A stretch of 64,000 nt of DNA from Arsenicibacter sp. (GTDB lineage Bacteria > Bacteroidota > Bacteroidia > Cytophagales > Spirosomataceae): positions 18,974 through 82,973 of the forward strand of contig CBDFHU010000025.1 of the NCBI GenBank assembly GCA_965247375.1, written 5' to 3'. This document shows, piece after piece, positions 9,276-19,100 of the stretch. The position numbers and the translations under genes were made by a program. Within the stretch, counting starts at the first letter, position 1. Each line of letters begins with the position of its first letter. Below the pieces are notes generated by a model. That model did no database searches. It saw only the letters and a list, made by a program, of their open reading frames with translations, and was not told where the DNA came from.

Positions 9276-12113
9276 CTAAAATACCAGGATCTGCCGCCGG
9301 ATCAGTTGTCCGGAAGTAGTCCGCAGGCTGACTACATACTGGCCGGCAGGAACCTGACCGAGTTTAATGGTTAGTGTACGGACCGGCTTACTCTGCGACG
9401 AAGCAACAAGCCGGCCGTCAGCGGCATAGACATCCGCCCCCGTAAAGATAGGCTGATCATGTTCGACCTGCAAGAGCCGGTCTGTCTGTACTGGATTAGG
9501 GTATAGTCTGAGGCTGTTCGTCAGGTCTTCAACACCCAGAATGAGCGGCAATGACCGGGCAATGTTGCTGTAGGCAGAACCACCGGCACTGTTCACTGCC
9601 CGTACGCGGAACTGATACAGAGTGGCTTCTATAAGGCCGCTGCTGATGTAAGTAGTTGAGTTCGGAGCGACGGTCGCCACTTTCTGAAACTCGCCCGAAC
9701 CGGTACTTTGCTCAATCTCATAGCCGGTTTCGTTGAAGGCGTTGTCGGACCAGACCAGCGAAATGCTGGTCGGTGTAAAGGCACCGGCGGTCAGGTTCGC
9801 CGGAGCTGCCGGTAACGTAGCCGGTGTGGTAACGGTAAGCGTATTGCTGAAAGGGGATGCCCCGGCACTATTCACCGCCCTGACCCGGAACAGGTACGAT
9901 GTCGTTTCGGTCAGGCCCGTCAGCGACAGGGTAGTGCTGCCGGCCGGTAAGGCGGCAACCCGCGTAAAGGAATGGCCCGGCGACGCCTGCTCGACTTCAT
10001 AGCCGGTTTCGTTAAAGGCAATATCCTGCCAGCCCAGTGTCAGGCTGGTCGGGGCGGCTGCGAGTGTAGTCAGACTGGCTGGCGCCAACGGAGCGGAAAC
10101 CGGCGTTTTCACGGAAACAATGTTGCTGTAAGCCGACCCTCCGGCACTGTTGACGGCTCTGACGCGGAAGGAATAAGGGGTGTTTTCCATTAGCCCGACT
10201 GCCGTAAACGAGGTTGTGTTAGCGGCTGCTGCGGCTACTCGGGTAAAACTGTCGCCGCCCGTACTGATTTCAATCTCGTAGCCGGTTTCGTTGAACGCGC
10301 GGTCTGCCCAGGCGAGGCTAACGCTGTTAGATAAAACCGACGTGACTGTAAGGCTCTGAGGTTGAAGGGGGACCGATGCCGGCGTGGTTGCCGTTGCTGT
10401 GTTGGAATAAGCCGATGCACCGGCGCTGTTTGTCGCCCTGATCCGGAACGTAAAGCCGGTTTGTTCGGCCAGACCGGTTATCTGATAGATGTTGTTATTA
10501 GTCGGAATGGTACCAATCTGACGGAAAGACCCGTCCGGTTGCTGCTGCTCAATCTCAAAACCGGCTTCATTGTCGGCGTTATCCTGCCAGCTGAGAAGAA
10601 TACCGTTCGGGGAGATGGCCGAGGCCATAAGGTTACCCGGAGCGGCGGGTGGCGTAACGACGACCGGAGCGGCATCAATCGCCACTTTTGAGAAACTGAA
10701 TGCCCGCATGCCGCGGCTGTTTTTTAGATACGGACCCTGATAAAACGGTAGTTCTGCGGTGCTGTAATAGGCCGGCAGGTAGGTGACTGTCTTAGCCGTC
10801 TGTGGTGAAGTCAGGGTCAGAATAATCCGGTTGCCTTCGGCACGGCCACTCCTGACCAGCCCCGGTTGCTCGTCCAGGTAGATATAGTCAATCATCCGCC
10901 TGTTGACCTGATTGCCGGTTAGCGGATTATAGATGGTTGTATCCTGCGGCCAGACCATCTGCATATCATCGTCAAAGGTCAGCGTCAGCTCGTCGCGCCG
11001 GTCATTGAAGGCAATTTTTTTAATGTCCGGGGAGTTGATTTGCTGCGTGTCTGCCGAGCGGTAAATATCCCGGGCAATAAGCCGGAACTGCTCGAACGCC
11101 AGTTGCTGGTTAGCTCTCGGTTCATAATGCAGGCCATCGTACCCGACGGCACCAACGGTAGCAACGGCGGCAAGGTTCTGGAAAAGTGATGGGGTGCGCC
11201 GCTGAAAATCCCGTAAATCACCGGCACCGGCCACAGCAGGCGTCATGATGTTGATTTGCCCGATGTAAATTTTAGGACCCTGACCGTAGTCTTCCCGGAG
11301 CTGGTTGTAAAACTGCTGAAACTTTTCGGCATAGCCGGCGGGTTCACCCCCTGCTTCGTTTTCGCCCTGTTTATAAATAATAGCTTTTACCTTGTCGGCC
11401 ACACCGGCCCATTGGGCGCGGTAGAGTAAGCTGCCATAGTAATTACTGTAATCGGCATGATTGGAAGGTGTCCGGTTGCCGAGTTCCAGAATACTGGCTC
11501 CGCCGATGCCTCCGTTAATAACGAGCGTTGGAATGCCGTACTGCTGTAAAATATGCCGCTGGATTTCCATCCCAACCATGCCCACACTGCCAAATGGCTG
11601 ACGGGCGGGGTACCATTGCATCTCGGCCGGTATATTGGTAGAGCCATACGGGTAGGTTACATTCCGGAGCAGCCGGTCATCCAGCGGGTAATCGTCGAGA
11701 CCGGCAAGGCCGAGCGCGTTAGACTGACCATACAGAATGTAGACATCCCCGCAAACGATCCGTTTCCGTTCCGTCACCAGCACAGATTCATTGCCGCGAC
11801 GGACATATACCTGAAACGTATATTCGGCCGGCTCCGCCTGAATCGTGACGGGAATACGGAACTGACTGCCGCCGCCTTCAGAGATGGACTGGCTGGCTGA
11901 TTTCCAGAAATTCCCTTCTTTCAGCACAGATACCTCAATTTGCCGGAAGCCGCTGTCATTTACCTGGCCGCTGATTATCACCTCTGCCTGATTCTGATCA
12001 TTACGTGGATACAATTGCAAATCCTGCGGAAGCCGGGTGAAGGAGACCGAAGGCTGTGCCATGGCGGAAAAAGTCCCCGTTACCAGACACAGGAGAAGTA
12101 AAAGAGTACGCAT
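9276..12113 (-). CDS. T9SS-secreted SGNH/SASA (sialate O-acetylesterase-like) esterase with 4 FN3 domains
   Basis: Signal peptide, YGQSNALG, KQGENEA, DGLHY (intact Ser/Asp/His motifs), four FN3 repeats, and CTD LRLYPNPV...GQYVVSL. Confidence 0.85.
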   Translation of the reverse strand: MRTLLLLLCLVTGTFSAMAQPSVSFTRLPQDLQLYPRNDQNQAEVIISGQVNDSGFRQIEVSVLKEGNFWKSASQSISEGGGSQFRIPVTIQAEPAEYTFQVYVRRGNESVLVTERKRIVCGDVYILYGQSNALGLAGLDDYPLDDRLLRNVTYPYGSTNIPAEMQWYPARQPFGSVGMVGMEIQRHILQQYGIPTLVINGGIGGASILELGNRTPSNHADYSNYYGSLLYRAQWAGVADKVKAIIYKQGENEAGGEPAGYAEKFQQFYNQLREDYGQGPKIYIGQINIMTPAVAGAGDLRDFQRRTPSLFQNLAAVATVGAVGYDGLHYEPRANQQLAFEQFRLIARDIYRSADTQQINSPDIKKIAFNDRRDELTLTFDDDMQMVWPQDTTIYNPLTGNQVNRRMIDYIYLDEQPGLVRSGRAEGNRIILTLTSPQTAKTVTYLPAYYSTAELPFYQGPYLKNSRGMRAFSFSKVAIDAAPVVVTPPAAPGNLMASAISPNGILLSWQDNADNEAGFEIEQQQPDGSFRQIGTIPTNNNIYQITGLAEQTGFTFRIRATNSAGASAYSNTATATTPASVPLQPQSLTVTSVLSNSVSLAWADRAFNETGYEIEISTGGDSFTRVAAAAANTTSFTAVGLMENTPYSFRVRAVNSAGGSAYSNIVSVKTPVSAPLAPASLTTLAAAPTSLTLGWQDIAFNETGYEVEQASPGHSFTRVAALPAGSTTLSLTGLTETTSYLFRVRAVNSAGASPFSNTLTVTTPATLPAAPANLTAGAFTPTSISLVWSDNAFNETGYEIEQSTGSGEFQKVATVAPNSTTYISSGLIEATLYQFRVRAVNSAGGSAYSNIARSLPLILGVEDLTNSLRLYPNPVQTDRLLQVEHDQPIFTGADVYAADGRLVASSQSKPVRTLTIKLGQVPAGQYVVSLRTTSGQLIRRQILVF
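9550..10655 (-). repeat. Four tandem FN3 units with a 279-nt period
   Basis: TAGCCGGTTTCGTT at 9721, 10000 and 10279; degenerate copy at 10558. Confidence 0.85.
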
Positions 12114-12240
12114 GTAAATGGGTCGAAAAGTTTCAGTTTAACCGTAACGCTGTTGATTTTGCGGGGCTTACCGAAAAATCAATATTTTGATGATTTAGGA
12201 ACGGAAATGGCAGGACATTTCTTAATTCTTAAAAAAATGA

Positions 12241-12248
12241 TAATTTTG
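12241..12248 (+). promoter_or_regulatory. -7 element for the GT2-wcaF-GT2-wecA operon
   Basis: TAATTTTG matches TAnnTTTG. Confidence 0.55.
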
Positions 12249-12358
12249 CCCGTCTTTCGGCTCGAAAATCGGGGCAAAATAATGATTTTCCAGCCTTATT
12301 GACGAAAAAAATTATTTTAGGTGTTGCGAAAATAGTACAAAAACGCCCACCGGCATCT

Positions 12359-13276
12359 ATGACCGACCTGTCCGTCATCATCCTCACCTATAATGAGGAA
12401 AAACATATAGGCCGTTGCCTGAAGAGTCTGCTGCCGTTTACTGATAAAATCTTTATTGTCGATTCGTTCTCGACGGACCGGACAGTAGAAATCGCCCGCT
12501 CGTTAGGTGCGGTGGTTGTTCAGAACCCGTGGGTGACCTATGCCACCCAATTCAATTTCGGAATCGATAACCTGCCTTTTCAGACAACATGGATTCTGCG
12601 GATGGACGCCGACGAGTACATTACCCCCGAACTGGCGCAGGAGGTTTCACAGAAATTACCGGGCCTGCCCGATGATGTAAGCGGGATTTATATCAAGCGG
12701 CGTGTATTGTTCATGGACCGCTGGATTCGTCATGGCGGCTATTACCCGATCTGGCTGATGCGGTTCTGGCGGCGGGGGCAGGGTATCTGCGAGCAGACCT
12801 GGATGGATGAACACATCAAACTGACGCAGGGACGACACATCCGGTTTGATCACGATGTGGTTGATCACAATCTGAATAACCTGACCTGGTGGACGCAGAA
12901 GCACAATAATTACGCTATCCGGGAGGTCATCGACCTGCTGAATATCAAGTATAACTTCACGAATGCCGAACGGGTGGAGCCACGGCTGATCGGTGGCACG
13001 CGTGATGAGATGAAGCGGTATCTGAAAGTAAAATACGCCTCGCTGCCTTTGTTTACGCGGCCGTTTATGTATTTCTTTTACCGGTATTTTATCGGACTTG
13101 GCTTTCTGGACGGCCGGCGCGGACTGGTCTGGCATTTTTTACAGGGCTTATGGTACCGTTTTCTGGTCGATGCAAAAATGCTGGAAGTGTACCGGCATGC
13201 AGGGAATAATAAGGAAGCGATTATCGAATTCTTTTTAACCGAATATGGAAAAGACTTACGGGCCGGACCAAGATAA
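12359..13276 (+). CDS. Glycosyltransferase family 2
   Basis: LSVIILTYNEE, VDSFSTDRT, LRMDADE, WWTQKHNNYA. ATG at 12359 preferred to the TTG at 12299. Confidence 0.9.
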   Translation: MTDLSVIILTYNEEKHIGRCLKSLLPFTDKIFIVDSFSTDRTVEIARSLGAVVVQNPWVTYATQFNFGIDNLPFQTTWILRMDADEYITPELAQEVSQKLPGLPDDVSGIYIKRRVLFMDRWIRHGGYYPIWLMRFWRRGQGICEQTWMDEHIKLTQGRHIRFDHDVVDHNLNNLTWWTQKHNNYAIREVIDLLNIKYNFTNAERVEPRLIGGTRDEMKRYLKVKYASLPLFTRPFMYFFYRYFIGLGFLDGRRGLVWHFLQGLWYRFLVDAKMLEVYRHAGNNKEAIIEFFLTEYGKDLRAGPR

Positions 13277-13844
13277 ATATGTGTCTGGTAAGCAAGGTGT
13301 TACTGACCTTTCACGGTTCAATAACAGCTGGTATCAACCGGGGCCTCGGTGGAAAGTACTCCTCTGGTTTTTCGTAAATACGCTGGTATTGAAAAACTAT
13401 CTGCCCATTCCGGTATTAATAAAAATAAAAGTAATGCAACTGTTTGGCGCTAAAATCGGTCATCATGTAATGATTAAGCCGAACGTCAACGTGAAGTACC
13501 CGTGGTTTCTGGAGATCGGTAATTACGTCTGGATCGGGGAAGGTGTCTGGATTGATAACTTTTCGATGGTCATCATTAAGGACAACGCATGTCTCTCGCA
13601 GGGGGCCATGCTGCTGACGGGTAATCATAATTATCAGTTGCCGACCTTTGATCTGATGCCAAAGCCGATCACCATTGAAGAAGGGGCCTGGGTAGGTGCC
13701 CGGACGGTGGTTTGCCCGGGTGTGGTTTGTAAAAGTCACTCGGTCCTCGCCGTAGGATCGGTAGCCACCCGTTCTCTGGAACCATATGGTGTGTACCAGG
13801 GTAATCCCGCAAATTTTGTGCGAAAAAGAGAAATTAAAGCGTGA
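13245..13844 (+). CDS. wcaF: WcaF-like polysaccharide O-acetyltransferase (hexapeptide repeat)
   Basis: DLSRFNNSWY, VNVKYPWFLEIG, LSQGAMLLTGNH and hexapeptide repeats. Alternative GTG start at 13281. Confidence 0.8.
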   Translation: MEKTYGPDQDKYVSGKQGVTDLSRFNNSWYQPGPRWKVLLWFFVNTLVLKNYLPIPVLIKIKVMQLFGAKIGHHVMIKPNVNVKYPWFLEIGNYVWIGEGVWIDNFSMVIIKDNACLSQGAMLLTGNHNYQLPTFDLMPKPITIEEGAWVGARTVVCPGVVCKSHSVLAVGSVATRSLEPYGVYQGNPANFVRKREIKA

Positions 13845-14626
13845 AAGTCAGCATAATCACAGTCGTATATAACGGTGTCGAAACCATAAAGGATACAATT
13901 GAGTCAATTCTGGCCCAAACTTATCCTGAAATCGAATATATCATTATCGACGGCGGTTCGAAAGATGGCACGGTCGAACTCGTCAGAAGTTACGGCACGC
14001 GAATTGCTCAGTTTGTATCAGAACCGGATAAAGGCTTGTATGATGCCATGAATAAAGGCATACAGCGGGCTACCGGCGACGTGATCGGCCTCCTGAATGC
14101 CGATGACTTTTACCGGCATCAGGATGTGATCAGCCACGTTGTCGAAACCTTCGGGCGGACTAAAAGTGATGCCGTGTACGGCGACATGCTGTACGTAGAC
14201 CGGAACGATGTCTATAACGTCCGCCGGTATTTCCGGTCGGGGAGGTATTCGTCGGGGGCTTTTTTATGGGGATGGATGCCAGGGCATTTATCCTTCTTCG
14301 CAAAGAAGAAACTATACGATCAATACGGGCTGTTCCGGCTTGATCTGAAAAGTGCGGCAGATTATGAGCTGATGCTGCGCTTTATTCACAAGCACAGGAT
14401 TTCACTGACATACATGGACGAAACAACCATCGTGATGCGGGAAGGGGGGGTAAGTAATGGTAGTTTAAAAAACTGGTTGCGGGGAAATCTGGAAGATCGC
14501 AGGGCATGGGAACTGAACGGGATAAAGCCATATCCGTTTACATTGTTTTTCAAGCCGTTACGGAAACTGCCTCAGCTGATTCTGAAAGAAAAAAAGAACG
14601 CATTTACGTATCCGTTGAATAAATGA
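13841..14626 (+). CDS. Glycosyltransferase family 2 (WcaE-like)
   Basis: VSIITVVYN, IDGGSKDGT, SEPDKGLYDAMNKG, LNADD, AADYELMLR. GTGA overlap with the upstream gene. Confidence 0.9.
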   Translation: MKVSIITVVYNGVETIKDTIESILAQTYPEIEYIIIDGGSKDGTVELVRSYGTRIAQFVSEPDKGLYDAMNKGIQRATGDVIGLLNADDFYRHQDVISHVVETFGRTKSDAVYGDMLYVDRNDVYNVRRYFRSGRYSSGAFLWGWMPGHLSFFAKKKLYDQYGLFRLDLKSAADYELMLRFIHKHRISLTYMDETTIVMREGGVSNGSLKNWLRGNLEDRRAWELNGIKPYPFTLFFKPLRKLPQLILKEKKNAFTYPLNK

Positions 14627-14722
14627 AAATGTCATTTGATCAATATATCATTGGCATTAACCGGAATAATGTAATTTTCAACCACATTTTTTAACCTGCC
14701 TGACTCTTTAAAAACTATTTCT

Positions 14723-15943
14723 ATGAACCTGGAATTACTCATCGCCTTTATCAGAAATAAGTTCAATGAAGAACTATTTACGATAGGCCTATACCAGTGC
14801 TTGCTGTCGTTCCTGGTTGCTTGTTTTGTCTCAATTATTTCGATTCCGGTTGTCATAAAAATTTCGGAACTGAAGTCGTTAATGGATAAACCAGGCGAGC
14901 GCCATTCACACTCAACCCCGACGCCGACATTTGGCGGTATTGCCATCTTCGCTGCGGTATTGATCAGTTATTTTCTCTGGCCGAGCATTGACCAGACGGA
15001 TATCTACCGGACCAACCTGTCGATTGTCGGCATGACTATCCTTTTCTTTGTTGGCATTAAGGATGACCTGGTCAATGTGGATCCGAATAAGAAAATCTTT
15101 TTTCAGGTATTATCGGCCATGATCCTGATTTTCTTCGGTGATCTGAAGGTGGATTACCTGTACGGAATAATGGGTTTTCACCATATTGAGCAGTTAATCA
15201 GTGTATTACTCACTTGTTTTATCTTTATTGCCCTCACCAATGCCATTAACCTGATTGATGGTATCGACGGATTAGCCGGCGGTATTGCGACCATTGCCAG
15301 TGCGACATTCGGCGGGTGGTTTCTGCTGACGAATCACTTTGCAATGGCGTGTCTGGCCTTTTCCCTGTCAGGAGCTCTGATTGGATTTCTGCGGTTTAAC
15401 TTCTCGAAAACCAGCAAAATCTTCATGGGTGATACCGGTTCGCTGATTCTGGGTTTTATGCTATCGTTCTTTGCCGTCCGGTTTATCAATCTGAACGCAT
15501 CGTACCGCTTCGAGCCGACTGCCTTTTTTAACGCCCCCATCATTGCCATTGTGATTCTGATCGTACCGATTTTTGATACGCTGCGGGTATTTCTGGTGCG
15601 TATTCTGGCCGGCCGTTCGCCGTTCGTGGCAGACCGGAACCACATGCACCATATTCTGCTGGACAACGGATTAAGCCATGCGCAGGCGACTATGTTTCTG
15701 TGTGCGGCTTCGCTGTTTAATACGGTTTTGTTTTTCATGCTGCACCGGAATATTTCAAATACACAGTCGCTGCTGGTGCTGGCCGCCTTGTTTATGTTAT
15801 ATATGCTGATCAGTTTTGTGCTGAAAATGCGGGCGTTGTTTATTTCGACGCATCCCCGCCGTCGCCGGGCCGTACTTCGCCGTGAGTTCACAAGTGCATT
15901 TACCGGCCGGGAAGGTACTAAACGATTGATTGACTGGCTGTAA
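14723..15943 (+). CDS. Undecaprenyl-phosphate GlcNAc-1-phosphate transferase (WecA/TagO, MraY-like)
   Basis: TPTFGGIAIF, GIKDD, NAINLIDGIDGLA, IFMGDTGS, ADRNHMHH, about 11 TM segments. Confidence 0.9.
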   Translation: MNLELLIAFIRNKFNEELFTIGLYQCLLSFLVACFVSIISIPVVIKISELKSLMDKPGERHSHSTPTPTFGGIAIFAAVLISYFLWPSIDQTDIYRTNLSIVGMTILFFVGIKDDLVNVDPNKKIFFQVLSAMILIFFGDLKVDYLYGIMGFHHIEQLISVLLTCFIFIALTNAINLIDGIDGLAGGIATIASATFGGWFLLTNHFAMACLAFSLSGALIGFLRFNFSKTSKIFMGDTGSLILGFMLSFFAVRFINLNASYRFEPTAFFNAPIIAIVILIVPIFDTLRVFLVRILAGRSPFVADRNHMHHILLDNGLSHAQATMFLCAASLFNTVLFFMLHRNISNTQSLLVLAALFMLYMLISFVLKMRALFISTHPRRRRAVLRREFTSAFTGREGTKRLIDWL

Positions 15944-15971
15944 GCGTTTTTCCATACTGAAATTACCTCCG

Positions 15972-15999
15972 GGCAGCTTTGAAAGAAGCTGCCTTTTTT
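15972..15999 (+). terminator. Intrinsic terminator
   Basis: GGCAGCTT-TGAAAG-AAGCTGCC-TTTTTT. Confidence 0.8.
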
Positions 16000-16103
16000 A
16001 TTTCCGGACTAGAAAGATCAGTACAGTAAAGATAATCAGGCGTATAGTGCAGCGTAACCGGAAGACATTACGTTGGATAAAAAATAGCTAGTTAACGGTA
16101 AGA

Positions 16104-16111
16104 TAATTTTG
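16104..16111 (+). promoter_or_regulatory. -7 element for the large T9SS protein
   Basis: TAATTTTG, 45 nt upstream of the ATG. Confidence 0.6.
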
Positions 16112-16156
16112 CTTCGGGCCGGATTAAGGATAATTTTATTTGGAAGAACAACCTGA

Positions 16157-19100
16157 ATGCATCGTACCAGTATCATTTTACTTTATTTTATGATTTTACG
16201 TATAAAAGTAAGTTTGAGCGTAATCACGAAGCTAGGCATCCTTATTGGTCTGCTTTTCAGTAGCTACATCACATTTGCTCAGACAACTACACCAAACCTG
16301 ACCCTGACTCCAACCGCCATCACTGGTTTTACGACAGAACTCAGTAAGCCGTCTGCCCCCAAAGCCTATACACTACAGGCGGCAAATTTGCGGGATACGC
16401 TTCGATTAATTGCGTCAGCCGGCTATGAAATCAGTCCGAACGGCTCATTTTATAGCAATACGCTCAGTCTGCCGCCGTCGACGGAGTCCGCGATCATTAT
16501 CGTTCGTATGACCGGGACCGGCTTATTTACCGGGGCCAATAATGGCTCCATCAATCACATAAGTACGGGATTACTGACACGGACGCTCGGGCTATCGGGA
16601 ACGGTAAGCGCGTTCACCGGTATCTCAACCATAGCCGATGCAAGAATGATGGTTGTCGGAAAAGAGGCGCTGATTCAGGGCACCGTGACGGTCAACCGCC
16701 AGTTTGATAACGGACAAGTGATGTATATTCAGGATAAAACCGGTGGGATAGCCTTGTTTGTACCGGCTGCCAACGCGGCAATATACACTCAGGTACAGAC
16801 CGGCATTCAGACAGGGAATGAAATCAATGTACGTGGAATACTCGGGTATCAGAAAGGCGCTGTCGGCCTTACGTCAATCTCAAGCCTTTCGGTTGTGAAT
16901 GCCACAACGGCCCTTCCGGCCCCGAAACTGATCACAACCGGACAGATGGGCGATCCGGATAACCTCGGCCTGCTGGTGAAAATTGACAGTGTTGCCATTA
17001 CTGATACCAGACCGGCATTGGTGGCCGGAACAGACTTTACATTCCGTGATACGACCAATACAACAGGACGGTTCCGGATCCGTACCGGCGTCAATGATGT
17101 AATTAATTCGCTGAAGCCTGCCCGCCGGTTTGCGCTGACCGGTATTCTGGACGGATATGATCTGGATGACGAAACCGAAAACGGGTCATTGGGAAACCGG
17201 CTTTTTCCGCGTTCGCAGAGAGATATTGAGGGAACGACGGAGCTGGCTGTATCAGACGGAGGCGTTCCGAACCGTGAACAGACTCTTGAACTGGCTACCT
17301 GGAATGTGGACAGTCTTGGTGCGGTGCTTCAGGGACCGGTATTCAGCGGGCTAAACGATGCCCTGCAACGAACGTATGCCGCTAACATTATCCGCTATCT
17401 GGGAGCAGATGTACTGGTATTGCCGGGAGTGTCAAATCCGTCTGCCCTGACGGCAATTGCGGCGCAGGTCAGCAGTGTTACCAGTAAGACATACGTAGCC
17501 GTCTGCCCGCAGAGCAGCTATTATACCGGCGAAAATCCACGTGTATGTTTTCTGTACAAATCAGATCTTTTTACAGCGCCCCCCGCTGTATCAGTCGTAT
17601 CAACGAGCCTGGTAACCGCCGATTGGGATGGCGGTCGTTTTCCTGTTGTCCTGACCGGAAATGCAAAGTTAAACGGGCTGACCCGGCGGATAAACATTGT
17701 CGGGATTCATGCGCATGAAGGTAGTACAATAACTGATTTTTCGGTCCGGCAGCGGGCCGCGTCTCAGCTGAAAGCCTACCTGGACAGCCGATCGACGGAA
17801 GTATTTCTGGTGACCGGCGAATTTGGTGATGATATGATCCGGTCGGTAGCTGCTGCGTCAAGTCCGTCACCATATGAGGGCCTCCTGAGTGGTACAAACA
17901 GCCTTTCTGCGGTAACAAGATCATTATCAGCCAGCCGGCTGACTACATCCCTGTCGGCCGATATGATGACCAGTCATGTCCTGATCTCAGACGAGCTATT
18001 TGCCAATTTTATTTTGGGAACAGCATCCACTTTGTCGCCGGATACCATAGTGCCGGATTATCTGCCGAATGCTGCGGACTGGGGTATGAGTGTTTCTGAT
18101 TATCTACCGGTAATGGCACGGTTCAGCCTGGCAACACCGGGGTCACTGACAGCAACGCTGGTCGGAACATCGACCATATGTGGCGAGAATACGGCCCCGC
18201 TGATGGTGAATATCGTCGGTGGCGTTGCTCCATATCAACTGGTAATCAACAACGGTACCAGTTCGACAACGATTACAAACTATACCAGCGGCGCGAAAAT
18301 TCCGCTTAGTCTGACCAGTACAACCAGTTACAGCCTGGTATCGGTGACCGATGCGCTGAGCATTACGGCCGGCACGTTGTCGGGAACGGCTACTGTGACG
18401 GTCATTCCCAACGTGCGGCCGGTCAGTGTTACCATCAGTCCGGCCAGCACCTCGTATTGTCAGGGCAAGACTGTTTCGCTGAGTGCAGTTGTCAACAGCG
18501 GGCAATTGCCGTTACGATATCAGTGGAATTCCGGTGAAGCAACACCGGTGATTTCGGCCAGCGCAACCGGTACGTATCAGCTTACCGTCATCGACGGACT
18601 GGGTTGTACCGGGATTGCTTCCATGAGTACAACCGTAAATACGATTCCGGATTTATCAACATTCGGCGCCTCAGTCTCGGCCTTATGTACGGCTACCAGC
18701 CAGGCAACGACGTTTACGGCGAATATCGGTAATCTGGCCGCACCGGCAAGTTATACGCTTGGTAGCCCGACCGGAACGGTATCAGGCACAATTGTGGATA
18801 CAGGCGAGTATGCTCAGTTCATGTCCATTACCAGAACTGCCGTGTATACACTAACTGTCGGTACTCCGCAGGGCTGTACGGCTTCGGCGACGCAGAGTGT
18901 TTCCCTGAACGCAACCCCATCCATTTTCAGCTTTGCGGCAACCCCGAGCTGTGCCGGGCGTCCGTCAACCTTTACGGCCCTGGTCAGCGGACTGACAGGA
19001 GGCTACAGTTATACGCTGACGGACGGTTCATCGAATATTTTTGGTACCGGCACGGCGGCTACGCCGTTCAATGCCGTGTTAGTACCGGCTGCGACGAGTA

